A DNA stretch of 64,000 bases from Dehalococcoidia bacterium (GTDB taxonomy: Bacteria; Chloroflexota; Dehalococcoidia; UBA6926): positions 728,377 through 792,376 of the forward strand of contig OZ252041.1 in NCBI GenBank assembly GCA_965247995.1, given 5' to 3'. Both the position numbers and the translations under genes were made by a program. Under the pieces are notes generated by a model, which was not told the origin of the DNA, searched no databases, and worked only from the letters and a program-made list of their open reading frames with translations. This document shows, in pieces, positions 1 to 9,988 of the stretch; position 1 is the stretch's first letter; every line of letters begins with the position of its first letter.

Positions 1-1327
1 TCAGCGTCCGCTCGAGGTCATCGAACGCGAGCGCCTGGGTCCGATCCTCGGGATACGTAAGGAAGCTGTCCCCGTCCGCGTCGGTTGAGATGGTCGCGTC
101 ATCGCGGATCACTCCTGGATCGGCGTCTGTGCCGGCTCCTAGTAAGACATGGACGTCCACCGTGGTCGCGTAGCTGATCTTCAACTCATCGTTCGTTGTT
201 TCGATCGCGTCGTTAGGAGATACGGCCTGATCGGACGCCCTCAAGGTCACAGTGACGGTGGTCCCTACCAGGGTCACGGATGCGATCGACAACCCACGCC
301 TGCTGCCGCTGGCGTCGGTGAACGTGACGATCAGGTCGCGCCCGTCTACGACTCCGTCGCCGTTCCGGTCCGAGACCTCATCACCGACGTTCAGTGGGTT
401 CCCTTCGGTGTCATCTAAGTCAAGGTCGAGGGTGGAGGTGATAACGAGGCCCGTTGCGCTCGCCAAATCTGCATCGTGATCCTCATTCCGTACCACCCGA
501 CCCACCGCCGCGCCACCGTTCACGCGGTCTTCGACCGCGTCCGCGACATCGTTGTCGGTGACAATCGTTTGGTCGATCCAGGTATCGAGGACTTCCTTCC
601 AATCCCCCGCGATCAGCCCGAATGCGCCAAGGAAGAGGCCCGAGTCAGTGGACCCTGCGGTGTCAACTAACGTTTCGCCCGCGTCGACGCCACCGTCACC
701 GCCGGTGTCGATGTCGGCGATGTTCGCCTCACTCGCGACGACCAGGATGTTGTCCTGGCCGCTCGACACGCTTACGCGGGAGTCACCGTCGCCGTCGATC
801 AGGCTGTCCTGAACCGACCTTGCGTAAGTGATCTTGACTTCGTCGTTGTCGTTGACAATGTCGTGGTTGATTCTGACCGACCCGGTCGGGTCGATAGCCA
901 CAATGCCGGCGAACTGCTTCACGTCATTTACTTCAAGATCGATATCGTCGTCGTCCAAATCGCCGTCTCGGTTCCGGTCAACGATTGGGTGATCAACCGA
1001 GATATCAGTTGTGCTGCCGGTCAGAGTCCCGACGTTCGTGGTCTGCGTCGCCGTCGAATAAACGTTCGCGCTTGAGTCGTTGTCTTCAATGACGACGTAG
1101 AGCGTCCCGAAGGTGCCCGCCATGTTCGCAGGGTCGACGACCGTAGAGACGTATTCGACGTCATCGAGCGCCGTGAACAGCGACTGGGTGCCGCTCTGGT
1201 CCGGATTGGCCAACTCCGCCGGGGTCACCAGCTTGACCTCTCCCTCCGCCGCCGCGCCGATGCCCATCGGCACCAACGACAGCAGCAGGGCCGAGATGAT
1301 TAGGATTGCCGAAACTTTACGCTTCAC
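1..1327 (-). CDS. Secreted acidic repeat / surface protein, partial (3' end lies outside the window)
   Basis: Hand translation of the minus strand. GTG at 1327 is preceded by GGGGGA. The N-terminus VKRKVSAILIISALLLSLVPMGIGAAAEGE looks like a signal peptide. The frame stays open to the window edge, so it is absent from the ORF track. Acidic loops DRNRDGDLDDDD and DRNGDGVVDGRD resemble DxNxDGxxD calcium-binding (dockerin/EF-hand type) loops. Confidence 0.6.
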   Translation of the reverse strand, partial: MKRKVSAILIISALLLSLVPMGIGAAAEGEVKLVTPAELANPDQSGTQSLFTALDDVEYVSTVVDPANMAGTFGTLYVVIEDNDSSANVYSTATQTTNVGTLTGSTTDISVDHPIVDRNRDGDLDDDDIDLEVNDVKQFAGIVAIDPTGSVRINHDIVNDNDEVKITYARSVQDSLIDGDGDSRVSVSSGQDNILVVASEANIADIDTGGDGGVDAGETLVDTAGSTDSGLFLGAFGLIAGDWKEVLDTWIDQTIVTDNDVADAVEDRVNGGAAVGRVVRNEDHDADLASATGLVITSTLDLDLDDTEGNPLNVGDEVSDRNGDGVVDGRDLIVTFTDASGSRRGLSIASVTLVGTTVTVTLRASDQAVSPNDAIETTNDELKISYATTVDVHVLLGAGTDADPGVIRDDATISTDADGDSFLTYPEDRTQALAFDDLERTL

Positions 1328-1795
1328 TTGCGTCCCCCTTCGGGTATTCGTTTCTGGTCTCGCCGGTTAGGCACCGGCGGAAGCCTCTAGATCCGGGGAG
1401 TGTCAAAGGGCCCGACCCGTTCGCAGCCGAAGCTCCCGTAGGACTCCGACAGGCCGAGAACTCGCGCTCACGCATCACGCCCTCCTCCCGCTAACTAAGA
1501 AGACTCGGGTGGTGCAGGTCTCGCTCCAAAACAACATGCAACCGGTCACGAAACCCTTCCACTTTCTCCCGCGCGTACATAGTGATGCCTATCACGACAA
1601 GCGTCAATCGGCAGGACCCTGCCAATTGGCCACTCATGCGCGATGCTGCTCACACCGCAGACACACCTGTGCGGTACACAGGTCTAGGCATGCTCGGGAC
1701 TATAGGCACGCCGATTGGCCATGTCAACCCATTTTTCGAACTAATTCTCAAATTGATCCAAAACCGTGTAACGGCCCGGCCCGCGTGGCCGGAAC

Positions 1796-3454
1796 TCAGA
1801 TCCCCTTCGACAGCGTCGCGAGGAACTCGGCGTTGTTCTTGGTCTTCGACAGCCGGGTCAGGATCTGCTCCGTCGCCTCGGCCGAGTCCATCTGGCTGCT
1901 CGAGAGCATGGCCAGCATCCGCCGGAGCGTGACGATCCCCTTATAGGTGGTCTCGTCGTAGAGCCGCTCGTCCCGCCGCGTGCCGGACTTGAGGATCTCG
2001 ATTGCGGGGTAGGTCCGCCGCTCCGCCAACCGGCGGTCCAGGTGGACCTCCATGTTGCCGGTGCCCTTGAACTCCTCATAGATCACCTCGTCCATGCGGG
2101 AGCCGGTGTCGACGAGGCAGGTCGCGATGATGGTCAGCGTCCCGCCTTCCTCTGTATTGCGCGCCGCTCCGAAGAAGTGCTTGGGCGGGTACAGGGCCAC
2201 CGGGTCCATGCCGCCGGACAGCGTCTTGCCGCTCGACGGCGCGGCGAGGTTGTACGCGCGCGTCAGCCGGGTGATCGAGTCGAGCAGGATGACGACGTGC
2301 TGGCCGGCTTCGACCAGGCGCTTGGCGCGCTCCTGTGCGATCTCCGCAACGCGGGTGTGCTCCTCGACCGGCTCGTCGAAGGTCGACGCGACGACCTCCA
2401 CGCCGGTGACGGTGCGCTCCCAGTCCGTGACTTCCTCCGGCCGTTCGCCGATGAGGGCGGCGATCACGTGTGTGTCCGGGTAGTTCATCGTCAGGGCGGC
2501 CGCGATCTGATGCAGGAGGATGGTCTTGCCCGCCTTCGGCGGCGAGACGATGAGCCCGCGCTGTCCCTTCCCCAACGGCGCGACGAGATTAAGCAGCCGC
2601 ATGGACAGGTTCCCCTGGGAGGTCTCCAGGTCGAAGAGCTCGTCCGGGAAGAGCGCGGTGAGTTGGTCGAACGGCGGCCGGCCGCGTGCGACCTCCGGCT
2701 CCTGGTCGTTGACGGTGTCGACGCGGAGGAGGCCGTAGAACTTCTCGCCGCTCTTGGGCGAGCGGATCTGCCCAGCGACGAAGTCGCCAGTCCGCAACCC
2801 GAAGCGCCTGATCTGCGACTGCGAAACGTAGACGTCGTTGATGCTGCGGTGGAGGTTGGGGTGGCGCAGGAACCCGTAGCCGTCGTTGGTGATCTCGAGC
2901 GTGCCGCTGGCCATCACGTCACCGCGGCGCTCACCGTGAGCCTGCACGATGCGGTGCACGAGGTCGTCCGGCCGCAGGAAGGAGGCCTGTTGGATGTCCA
3001 AGCGGACGGCGTGTTCGACCAGCGCGTCGCGGCCCTTCTTCTCGAGGTCCGGGATGCTGGTCACCTGGTCCTGTGGGTCCAACGGCGGCAGCGGGCCGCG
3101 TTGGCCGTCCTGTGCCGTGCCCACGGGCGGAAACTCGCCGTCGTCGGCTGGCATCGGGCCGGGGCCCGGTGGGCCGTACGCGGGGGCCGCTTGGCGGTTG
3201 GCGGGCCGTTGACCTCGTCGGCCACCGGGCTGCCGGCGGCGTTGGACCCGGCCCCCTGACCGTCCGGGATCGCCCGCGAAGCCGTCATCTCGGACTGCGC
3301 CGTTGCCGGTCCCCGGCTCGTCCAGCATCGACTGCTGTGCCGGCTCGCCGACGACGGGCGGCTCCATGGGCTCCCAGTTGTCGCTTCCGTTCGCCGGGAC
3401 CGGCCCGGCCGGCGCCTCGATGTCCCTGGTGTCTCGTTCAGTGCTCTCAGTCAA
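1796..3454 (-). CDS. rho: Transcription termination factor Rho with about 130-aa Gly/Pro/Arg-rich N-terminal extension
   Basis: 552-aa ORF. TTG start at 3454 with GGGAGA upstream. Rho hallmarks: ...TNDGYGFLR..., Walker A GLIVSPPKAGKT, ...LLDSITRLTRAYN..., ...TGNMEVHLDRRLAE... Confidence 0.95.
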   Translation of the reverse strand: MTESTERDTRDIEAPAGPVPANGSDNWEPMEPPVVGEPAQQSMLDEPGTGNGAVRDDGFAGDPGRSGGRVQRRRQPGGRRGQRPANRQAAPAYGPPGPGPMPADDGEFPPVGTAQDGQRGPLPPLDPQDQVTSIPDLEKKGRDALVEHAVRLDIQQASFLRPDDLVHRIVQAHGERRGDVMASGTLEITNDGYGFLRHPNLHRSINDVYVSQSQIRRFGLRTGDFVAGQIRSPKSGEKFYGLLRVDTVNDQEPEVARGRPPFDQLTALFPDELFDLETSQGNLSMRLLNLVAPLGKGQRGLIVSPPKAGKTILLHQIAAALTMNYPDTHVIAALIGERPEEVTDWERTVTGVEVVASTFDEPVEEHTRVAEIAQERAKRLVEAGQHVVILLDSITRLTRAYNLAAPSSGKTLSGGMDPVALYPPKHFFGAARNTEEGGTLTIIATCLVDTGSRMDEVIYEEFKGTGNMEVHLDRRLAERRTYPAIEILKSGTRRDERLYDETTYKGIVTLRRMLAMLSSSQMDSAEATEQILTRLSKTKNNAEFLATLSKGI

Positions 3455-3482
3455 CGTGTTCTCCCTAGTACCCGCCCGGTAG

Positions 3483-5189
3483 TTAGTGGGCAGGTCCTTC
3501 CGTCCCGTTCGTCAGCGGATCTTCCTGTTGTTGTCTTGGTGTTGGGACCGGCGTCCCGTCCGGGAGCAACGGCGGCTGCTCGCCCTCTCGGAGGACCACC
3601 GTCGAGGCGGCCACAAACTCGCGGAACAGCGGGTGAGGCCGTGTCGGCCGTGACTGGAACTCCGGGTGAAACTGGCTCCCCAGCATGAAGGGGTGGCCTC
3701 GGACCTCGCAGATCTCGACCAGGTCCTTCTCCTTATAGAAGCCGCTCGCAATGAGGCCCGCGTCCTCGAACTTCTGCTTGAACCGATTGTTGAACTCGAA
3801 CCGATGGCGGTGACGCTCGCTGACGGAATCGACACCGTACGCAGCGTGCGACCTCGTACCGGGGACCAGGTCGCACGGGTATGCGCCCAGGCGCATCGTC
3901 CCGCCCATCGCTTCGACGTTCTCCTGGTCTTCCATGATGTGGATGACGGGATACGGCGCTTCGAGGTCGAACTCGGTCGAGTTCGCGCCGATCATGCCCA
4001 ACACGTGGCGTGCGTACTCGATGACCATCACCTGCATCCCCAAGCAGAGGCCGAGGTACGGCAACTCCCGTTCTCGGGCGTACTGTGCGGCGCGGACCAT
4101 GCCCTCGATGCCGCGAGATCCGAAGCCGCCCGGGACGACGATCCCGTGCGCGCGCTCCAGGTACCGTTCCCACCCACTCTGCTCGAGCTCCTCCGCCGGC
4201 ACCCACTCGATATCGACGTTGACGTCCTTGGCGAGTCCGGCGTGGTGGAGCGCTTCTTTCACGGAGAGGTAGGAGTCCCGCAACTCGACGTACTTCCCGA
4301 CGATCGCCACAGACAGCGACGGCTTGGGCGCCTCGATGCGCCGCACCAGGTCTCGCCAGTCCGCGAGGTCCGCCGGGCCGGCAGCCTCGAGTCCGAGACG
4401 TTCGACCAGGAAGGCGTCGAGCCCTGTGTCCTCGAGATACACCGGCATTCGATAGATGGTGTCAACGTTGGGGAGCGGGACCACAGCCCGCGGCTCCACG
4501 TCGCAGAAGAGCGACAGCTTCTGGATGATCTCCTCGTCCACCGGGTGGTCGCTGCGCGCAGCGATGACGTCCGGCTGGATACCGATGCTCCGAAGCTCAC
4601 GCACGCTGTGCTGCGTGGGTTTGGTCTTCAACTCGCCGCTGGTGACAATGTATGGCAGATAGGTGACGTGGACGAAGACCGCGTCCTCACGTCCGACGTC
4701 GTTGCGGACTTGGCGTATGGCCTCCAGGAACGGCAGGCTCTCGATGTCACCGACGGTCCCGCCGACCTCGACGATGACGACCTGCGCCCCGGACTCCTCG
4801 GCGTTCTTGGTGATGCGGGACTTAATGGCGTTGGTGACGTGCGGGACGACCTGAATCGTGCCGCCCAGGAAATCGCCGCGCCGTTCGCGCGCGATCACCG
4901 ACGTGTAGACCTGCCCCGCCGTGACGTTCGACGATTGCGTGAGATCGCTATCGATGAACCGCTCGTAGTGCCCGAGGTCGAGGTCGGTCTCCGCGCCGTC
5001 CGTGGTAACGAACACCTCTCCATGTTGGTACGGGGACATGGTCCCGGGGTCGACGTTGAGATACGGGTCCAGCTTTTGGACGGAGACGGTGATGCCCCGG
5101 CTCTTCAACAGCCGGCCGATGGCGGCGGCGGTGATGCCCTTGCCGATCGAACTCACCACACCGCCGGTGACAAAAACGTAACTAGCCAT
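3483..5189 (-). CDS. pyrG: CTP synthase
   Basis: 568-aa ORF. N-terminus MASYVFVTGGVVSSIGKGI. Glutamine amidotransferase motif GLCLGMQ and HRHRFEFN. Confidence 0.97.
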   Translation of the reverse strand: MASYVFVTGGVVSSIGKGITAAAIGRLLKSRGITVSVQKLDPYLNVDPGTMSPYQHGEVFVTTDGAETDLDLGHYERFIDSDLTQSSNVTAGQVYTSVIARERRGDFLGGTIQVVPHVTNAIKSRITKNAEESGAQVVIVEVGGTVGDIESLPFLEAIRQVRNDVGREDAVFVHVTYLPYIVTSGELKTKPTQHSVRELRSIGIQPDVIAARSDHPVDEEIIQKLSLFCDVEPRAVVPLPNVDTIYRMPVYLEDTGLDAFLVERLGLEAAGPADLADWRDLVRRIEAPKPSLSVAIVGKYVELRDSYLSVKEALHHAGLAKDVNVDIEWVPAEELEQSGWERYLERAHGIVVPGGFGSRGIEGMVRAAQYARERELPYLGLCLGMQVMVIEYARHVLGMIGANSTEFDLEAPYPVIHIMEDQENVEAMGGTMRLGAYPCDLVPGTRSHAAYGVDSVSERHRHRFEFNNRFKQKFEDAGLIASGFYKEKDLVEICEVRGHPFMLGSQFHPEFQSRPTRPHPLFREFVAASTVVLREGEQPPLLPDGTPVPTPRQQQEDPLTNGTEGPAH

Positions 5190-5479
5190 TCAATCCAGTC
5201 GGGTCTTGCCCTTTGTCTGGGTTACGGATGGCACAAATGGAACACGAGGCACGAAGGTAGTTGGGTGATGCCCCACCACGCGCAGCAACTGATCTATCAG
5301 CTACCGCAAGGGAGATAACAAAAACAGAACGAGGCGACACAACCCGAAATCACCCGCTCCGTCGCCTGAGGCTACGCCATAACGCAGGTTGATGTCAAGT
5401 TTGACCGTCCATTGCGCGCCGAATACGATGCCTCACCGAATGACCGTCTGAAGCGGCCATCCGAAAGGGGGACGACGAC

Positions 5480-6328
5480 ATGATCGATCGACAGTACGAC
5501 ACGTTGCTCATTGAGACCGTAGACGAGGTCTCGACCATCACGTTCAACCGGCCGGAGGCCCGGAACGCGATGAACCCGCAGTTCCACTTCGACATGCGGG
5601 ACGCGCTGAAGGACTTGGCCGCGGACAGAGACACGCGCGTGGTGGTGCTTACGGGCTCGTCTGGCTCGTGGATCGCGGGCATGGACCTGAAGCAGTTCTT
5701 CTACGAGGGCTGGAAGAACCCGCGGGCCATGGCTGACGCCGGCGAGGCCGGCAACGATTGGAACCGCACGCTGCGGTACATGCCGAAGCCGACGATCGCC
5801 ATGGTCAACGGTTACGTGTTCGGCGCCGCGTTCAGCGCGCTTTGCGCGTGCGACATCGCGGTGGCGGACGAGGAAGCGTTGCTCGGCCTGCCCGAGATCA
5901 ACTGGGGCATCGCGCCAGGCGGGAACCTGCTGTTCGACATTCCCGAGATGATGCCGTTCCGCGACCTCCTCTGGATGGCGCTCACGGGCGAGAACATCAC
6001 GGGGAAGCAGGCCGCCGACATGCGCTTCGTCACGTTTGCGGTCCCCAAGGACCAGTTGAGGGCGAAGGTCGACGAGATCGCCGAGAACTTGAAGAAGAAG
6101 GCACCCGAGGCGCTGCAGTCCACGAAGCTCGGGGTGCGTCTCTCGCTGAAGGTGGACCGCGAGCACCAGGGCGCGCTCATCATGGCGCTATCCGGACAGG
6201 CCGGGCGCGCCGCCGACACTCGCGGGACCGGCGGCACGACGCGCGCCATCGAACAGTTCATGGACAAGAAGTACCGCCCGGCGTTCGGCGAGTACGACTG
6301 GGAGACGACCGAGTCGAACCCTCGGTAA
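5480..6328 (+). CDS. Crotonase-superfamily enzyme, closest to hydroxycinnamoyl-CoA hydratase-lyase (HCHL/feruloyl-CoA hydratase-lyase) type
   Basis: 282 aa. ITFNRPEARNAM, AGMDLKQFF, KPTIAMVNGYVFGAAF...ACDIAVA, GLPEINWGIAPGG and C-terminal QFMDKKYRPAFGEY match my memory of Pseudomonas HCHL rather than generic enoyl-CoA hydratases. Confidence 0.75.
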   Translation: MIDRQYDTLLIETVDEVSTITFNRPEARNAMNPQFHFDMRDALKDLAADRDTRVVVLTGSSGSWIAGMDLKQFFYEGWKNPRAMADAGEAGNDWNRTLRYMPKPTIAMVNGYVFGAAFSALCACDIAVADEEALLGLPEINWGIAPGGNLLFDIPEMMPFRDLLWMALTGENITGKQAADMRFVTFAVPKDQLRAKVDEIAENLKKKAPEALQSTKLGVRLSLKVDREHQGALIMALSGQAGRAADTRGTGGTTRAIEQFMDKKYRPAFGEYDWETTESNPR

Positions 6329-6416
6329 CGGCTGCCCGCGGCGACCGATGAGGCAGACCGCCTGGCGCCATTCGGCGCGCCGGGCGGTGCTCCCGTCGAC
6401 CTCGGCGGTATTCGAA

Positions 6417-7955
6417 CTAGGCCGCCAACTCGCGAGGCCGGTACTGGAGCGCTTCCGCTAGGTGGTTCACACGGACCTCGCTGGCCTGCTCCATGTCCGC
6501 GACAGTCCGCGCAAGCTTGAGAACGCGGTGGAACCCCCGTGCACTCAGGTGCAGCGAGTCCATGGCGGACCGCAGCAACCCCTGCGCACCGGCGTCCAAC
6601 CGACAGTGCTCTCTCACTTCGATCGGTCCCATGTCCGCGTTTGTGAACGATGCGGACGACGCTTTGAACCGTTGCCGTTGTGCCTGTCGTGCGCTCTCGA
6701 CGCGGTTCCGGACTGAGGCGGACTCCTCCCCGAGACGGTCGTCCGTTAGCTTTTCGTACTCCACCCGTGGCACATCGACGAAGATGTCGATCCGGTCCAG
6801 CAGCGGCCCGCTGATGCGGCGTTGGTACCGGGAGATCTGCGATGGCGTGCACGAGCACTGCTTGACCGGGTCGCCGTAGTAGCCGCAGGGACACGGGTTC
6901 ATCGCCCCGACGAGCATGAAACTCGCCGGGAAGGTCAACGACCCTTGCGCCCTGCTGATCGTTACGGACTTGTCTTCTAGGGGCTGACGCAGCACTTCGA
7001 GCACTTGGTGCCCGAACTCCGGCATCTCGTCGAGGAACAGAACGCCGCGGTGCGCCAGCGTCACCTCCCCGGGCCGCGGCCACTGGCCGCCACCGACCAG
7101 GCCGGCGTTCGACACCGTGTAGTGGGGCGACCGGAATGGGCGAGCTGCGATCAGCGGCATCTCAGACGGCAGTAAGCCGGCGATGCTGTAGATCTTCGTG
7201 ACATCGAGCGACTCGGCACGGTCCATGGTTGGCAGGATCGTCGGCAGGCAGCGTGCGAGGAGCGTCTTGCCCGCGCCTGGAGGACCCATCATCACGAGGT
7301 TGTGACCTCCGGCCGCCGCGACCTCCATCGCGCGTTTCACGTGCTCCTGGCCCTTGACGAACCCGAGGTCCATTCCTTCGCCCGAGGTGTTGTTCGTTTC
7401 GCTCGGTAGCTCCATGGGGAAGTAGGTCTCCAACAGCCGGTCCCCACGGAGGTGGTCCACGAGGTCAGTCAGGGTCCCTACCGGCTGCACCTCGATGCCT
7501 TCCACGAGCGCCGCCTCTGGCGCGTCGACCGCGGGGACCATGGCGGCGCTCAGCCCCGCCTGGTGTGCGAGCGCCACCATCGGCAGCACCCCATGCGTAT
7601 GGCGGACTTGGCCCTCGAGCGACAGTTCACCCAACATCGCGACGGCGTCGATCGATCCCGTCTCGCCTGCCTGGCCGGTGCCGATCAGGATCCCCGCCGC
7701 AATCGGTAGGTCGTACGCCGGCCCCTCCTTCTTGAGGTCGGCCGGAGCGAGTGAGACGGTGATCCGCCGCAGCGGGAATTCGTATCCGGAGTTCCGGATC
7801 GCGGCGCGTACCCGCTCGGTGGCCTCGCGGACCGCAGCGTCCGGCAATCCGACGATGTGGAACGCTGGGAGGCCAGGCGAGATGTCGACCTCGACCTCCA
7901 CGATGGCCCCCTCCAGTCCCACGGTTGCGCAGCTCTTCACCCGTGCGAGCGCCAT
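6417..7955 (-). CDS. comM: YifB/ComM family Mg-chelatase-like ATPase
   Basis: The ORF 6417..8138 is trimmed to ATG at 7955 (GGGGGAG SD; MALARVKSCATVGLEG...), which removes the overlap with the upstream gene. Walker A MMGPPGAGKT. C-terminal ChlI/MCM-like region. Confidence 0.85.
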   Translation of the reverse strand: MALARVKSCATVGLEGAIVEVEVDISPGLPAFHIVGLPDAAVREATERVRAAIRNSGYEFPLRRITVSLAPADLKKEGPAYDLPIAAGILIGTGQAGETGSIDAVAMLGELSLEGQVRHTHGVLPMVALAHQAGLSAAMVPAVDAPEAALVEGIEVQPVGTLTDLVDHLRGDRLLETYFPMELPSETNNTSGEGMDLGFVKGQEHVKRAMEVAAAGGHNLVMMGPPGAGKTLLARCLPTILPTMDRAESLDVTKIYSIAGLLPSEMPLIAARPFRSPHYTVSNAGLVGGGQWPRPGEVTLAHRGVLFLDEMPEFGHQVLEVLRQPLEDKSVTISRAQGSLTFPASFMLVGAMNPCPCGYYGDPVKQCSCTPSQISRYQRRISGPLLDRIDIFVDVPRVEYEKLTDDRLGEESASVRNRVESARQAQRQRFKASSASFTNADMGPIEVREHCRLDAGAQGLLRSAMDSLHLSARGFHRVLKLARTVADMEQASEVRVNHLAEALQYRPRELAA

Positions 7956-8127
7956 GGTCTCCCCCTGTTGCTTGCCAACCCGCTTCACGCGGCCGGTCAC
8001 CAGAGATTGCGACGGCAGCAGAATAGGACATGTGTTCTCATTGCACAAGTCCCTTTGCACGCGCCGATCGAGGCAGCGTGTTCTCGTCAGTTTCCGGCGG
8101 TCAGGCGGGGCTAGGGCTTCCCGGCGG

Positions 8128-9186
8128 TTAGGTCCCAACCGTTGCCGCCGACCTCAGCACGCTGGCTGAGATATCGAGGGCACGGTCGATGTCAGCCTCT
8201 TCGATTCCGTAATGGGTGACCATTCGGAGCGTCCGGCCGTCCAGGCGCGACACGCGGAGCCCGGCTTCTTCGAATCGGGCAGCGAGGTCGACGGCGTCTC
8301 CGGCCACCCGGAAGATGACGATATTGGTCTCCACCGTTTCCGGGTTGAGATCGACGCCCGGGATTGCGGTGAGACCTTTGGCGAGCCGGCGCGCGTTGTC
8401 ATGGTCGTCTCGGAGCCGGCCGATCATGGTGTCGAGCGCCACGAGCCCCGATGCGGCGAGCACACCGGCTTGCCGCATCCCGCCTCCGACCATGCGTCGG
8501 GCGATGCGGGCTTTTCGAATGAAATCGGTGGACCCGACGACCACCGATCCCACTGGGCAACTCAGTCCTTTCGACAGGCAAAACGAGAGCGAGTCGGCGT
8601 CCGCAGCGAGTTCTTTCACGTCCAGGTCCAGGGCGATCGCGGCGTTGAACAGGCGCGCTCCGTCCAGGTGTATGCCGACGCCGTAGGAGGCAGCCAGCGA
8701 CGCTGCTTCGCCCATGTATCGCCGACCGATCGCGCGGCCCGAGCGCCGGTTGTGGGTGTTCTCCAGACAAATGAGCCGTGTCTGGGGAAACCCAGGTCCA
8801 ACGGGACGGATGACCGACTCGACGCGGTCCAAATCCAGCGTGCCATCTTCCTCGGTCGGGAGCTGACGCAGGACCAGTCCTCCCAGCACCGACGCGCCGC
8901 CGAGTTCGTGATGGAGGATGTGGCTTTCATCACCGACGATGACCTCGTCTCCGCGGGCGCCGTGCGCCAGGAGGGACACCAGGTTCCCCATCGTGCCACT
9001 CGCGACGAAGAGCGCCGCTTCCTTGCCCATCAGTTCCGCAGCCCGTGCCTCGAGGCGGTTGACGGTCGGGTCATCGCCCCAGCCGTCGTCGCCCACCTCG
9101 GCTTCCGCCATTGCACGTCGCATCTCGGCCGTTGGATGCGTCACGGTGTCGCTGCGGAGGTCGATCGTCTTGGTCGTCTGCGTCAT
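8128..9186 (-). CDS. ltaE: Low-specificity L-threonine aldolase (beta-eliminating lyase family)
   Basis: 352 aa. [32 protein letters not shown]... and later PLP-fold motifs typical of LtaE. Confidence 0.85.
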   Translation of the reverse strand: MTQTTKTIDLRSDTVTHPTAEMRRAMAEAEVGDDGWGDDPTVNRLEARAAELMGKEAALFVASGTMGNLVSLLAHGARGDEVIVGDESHILHHELGGASVLGGLVLRQLPTEEDGTLDLDRVESVIRPVGPGFPQTRLICLENTHNRRSGRAIGRRYMGEAASLAASYGVGIHLDGARLFNAAIALDLDVKELAADADSLSFCLSKGLSCPVGSVVVGSTDFIRKARIARRMVGGGMRQAGVLAASGLVALDTMIGRLRDDHDNARRLAKGLTAIPGVDLNPETVETNIVIFRVAGDAVDLAARFEEAGLRVSRLDGRTLRMVTHYGIEEADIDRALDISASVLRSAATVGT

Positions 9187-9367
9187 CTCATTGCCTCATT
9201 CACGTCGCCGCGCCGCCTTGGTGAGACGACTTGCACGCCTGTAGGTGACCGCGAAAGCCACCGGGTCCGATTTCGACCGCGACCGTAATGGAGCAGCGGA
9301 GTCTTTGTGGGGCCCGATGATACTCGGGCCGAGGTCTACTTCAGCACGCCGCTACCACGGCGCCGGG

Positions 9368-9694
9368 TCATTTTTCGTCGGGGTCCAACGACACCCGGTT
9401 GCCGACTACTCGTACAGACCAACCGGAGCGCGTGCGTGCCGCGTACCGGTCGGTTGGCATCGCGGTGACGAACCCGACGGACCCGTCTCCTAGTCGCAAC
9501 TCGACCGGCACATCGCCGACCAAGGTGCGGTCGAAGTCAGCGTCGGATAGCTGAGCCTCCAGGCGCCATCCCTCGGGTTCGTTGCCCCGGACGAGCGTTC
9601 GGCGCACGTTACCCACGACGAGAGCAGTGCCCAACCGCTCACCTTCGACCGAAAACACCTCGACCCGCTCGTTGTAGGAGATTCGTGTCGTCAT
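9368..9694 (-). CDS. Hypothetical protein (108 aa)
   Basis: Only a clean ORF with GC-rich third positions. No recognisable motif. Confidence 0.45.
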   Translation of the reverse strand: MTTRISYNERVEVFSVEGERLGTALVVGNVRRTLVRGNEPEGWRLEAQLSDADFDRTLVGDVPVELRLGDGSVGFVTAMPTDRYAARTRSGWSVRVVGNRVSLDPDEK

Positions 9695-9877
9695 CTGCCT
9701 TGAACCCGCCCTGAGCTATCGGCGACCCCCCGATCGACCCCTTGGTGACCGTCAGTCGTATAGAAATGATAAATGGGTTTGTTGCGCGACTCCAGTCGGC
9801 TTGTCATCTCGTGTTGAGACGGCGTTCGCGTTCCCATCGTTGGGACCCTGCCATCGGATCACGCTATGAGTGGTCGG

Positions 9878-9905
9878 TCAGACCATCGGGACCCGATGCT
9901 ATAAT
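9878..9905 (+). promoter_or_regulatory. Possible sigma-70-type promoter upstream of ppsA
   Basis: Perfect TATAAT at 9900-9905 with TCAGAC 16 nt upstream, about 85 nt before the ppsA start. Sequence pattern only. Confidence 0.25.
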
Positions 9906-9988
9906 CCGGCGCCACAGATCCGCTCGGTCAGAGGTTACCGTTTGACCTCGTCGTGGTCTGTGGGTGTGCCCATGACGGAGGTGCCGGG

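Noticed and set aside
1776-1792. Short hairpin CCGGCC-cgcgt-GGCCGG just downstream of the rho stop
   Set aside because: It has only a 6-bp stem, overlaps the region next to the stop codon and has a weak U-tract, so it is too weak to call a terminator.
2042-3259. 405-aa plus-strand ORF (and 2094..2483, 2949..3212, 3073..3468) overlapping rho
   Set aside because: It is antisense to an unambiguous rho gene and its Arg/Ala/Gly-rich translation has no motifs. This is a typical high-GC shadow ORF.
3666-5318. 550-aa plus-strand ORF overlapping pyrG
   Set aside because: Antisense shadow of CTP synthase. The same reasoning rejects 5372..6166 and 5812..7083 (versus the crotonase and comM), 8212..9288 (versus ltaE) and 10379..11578 (versus ppsA).
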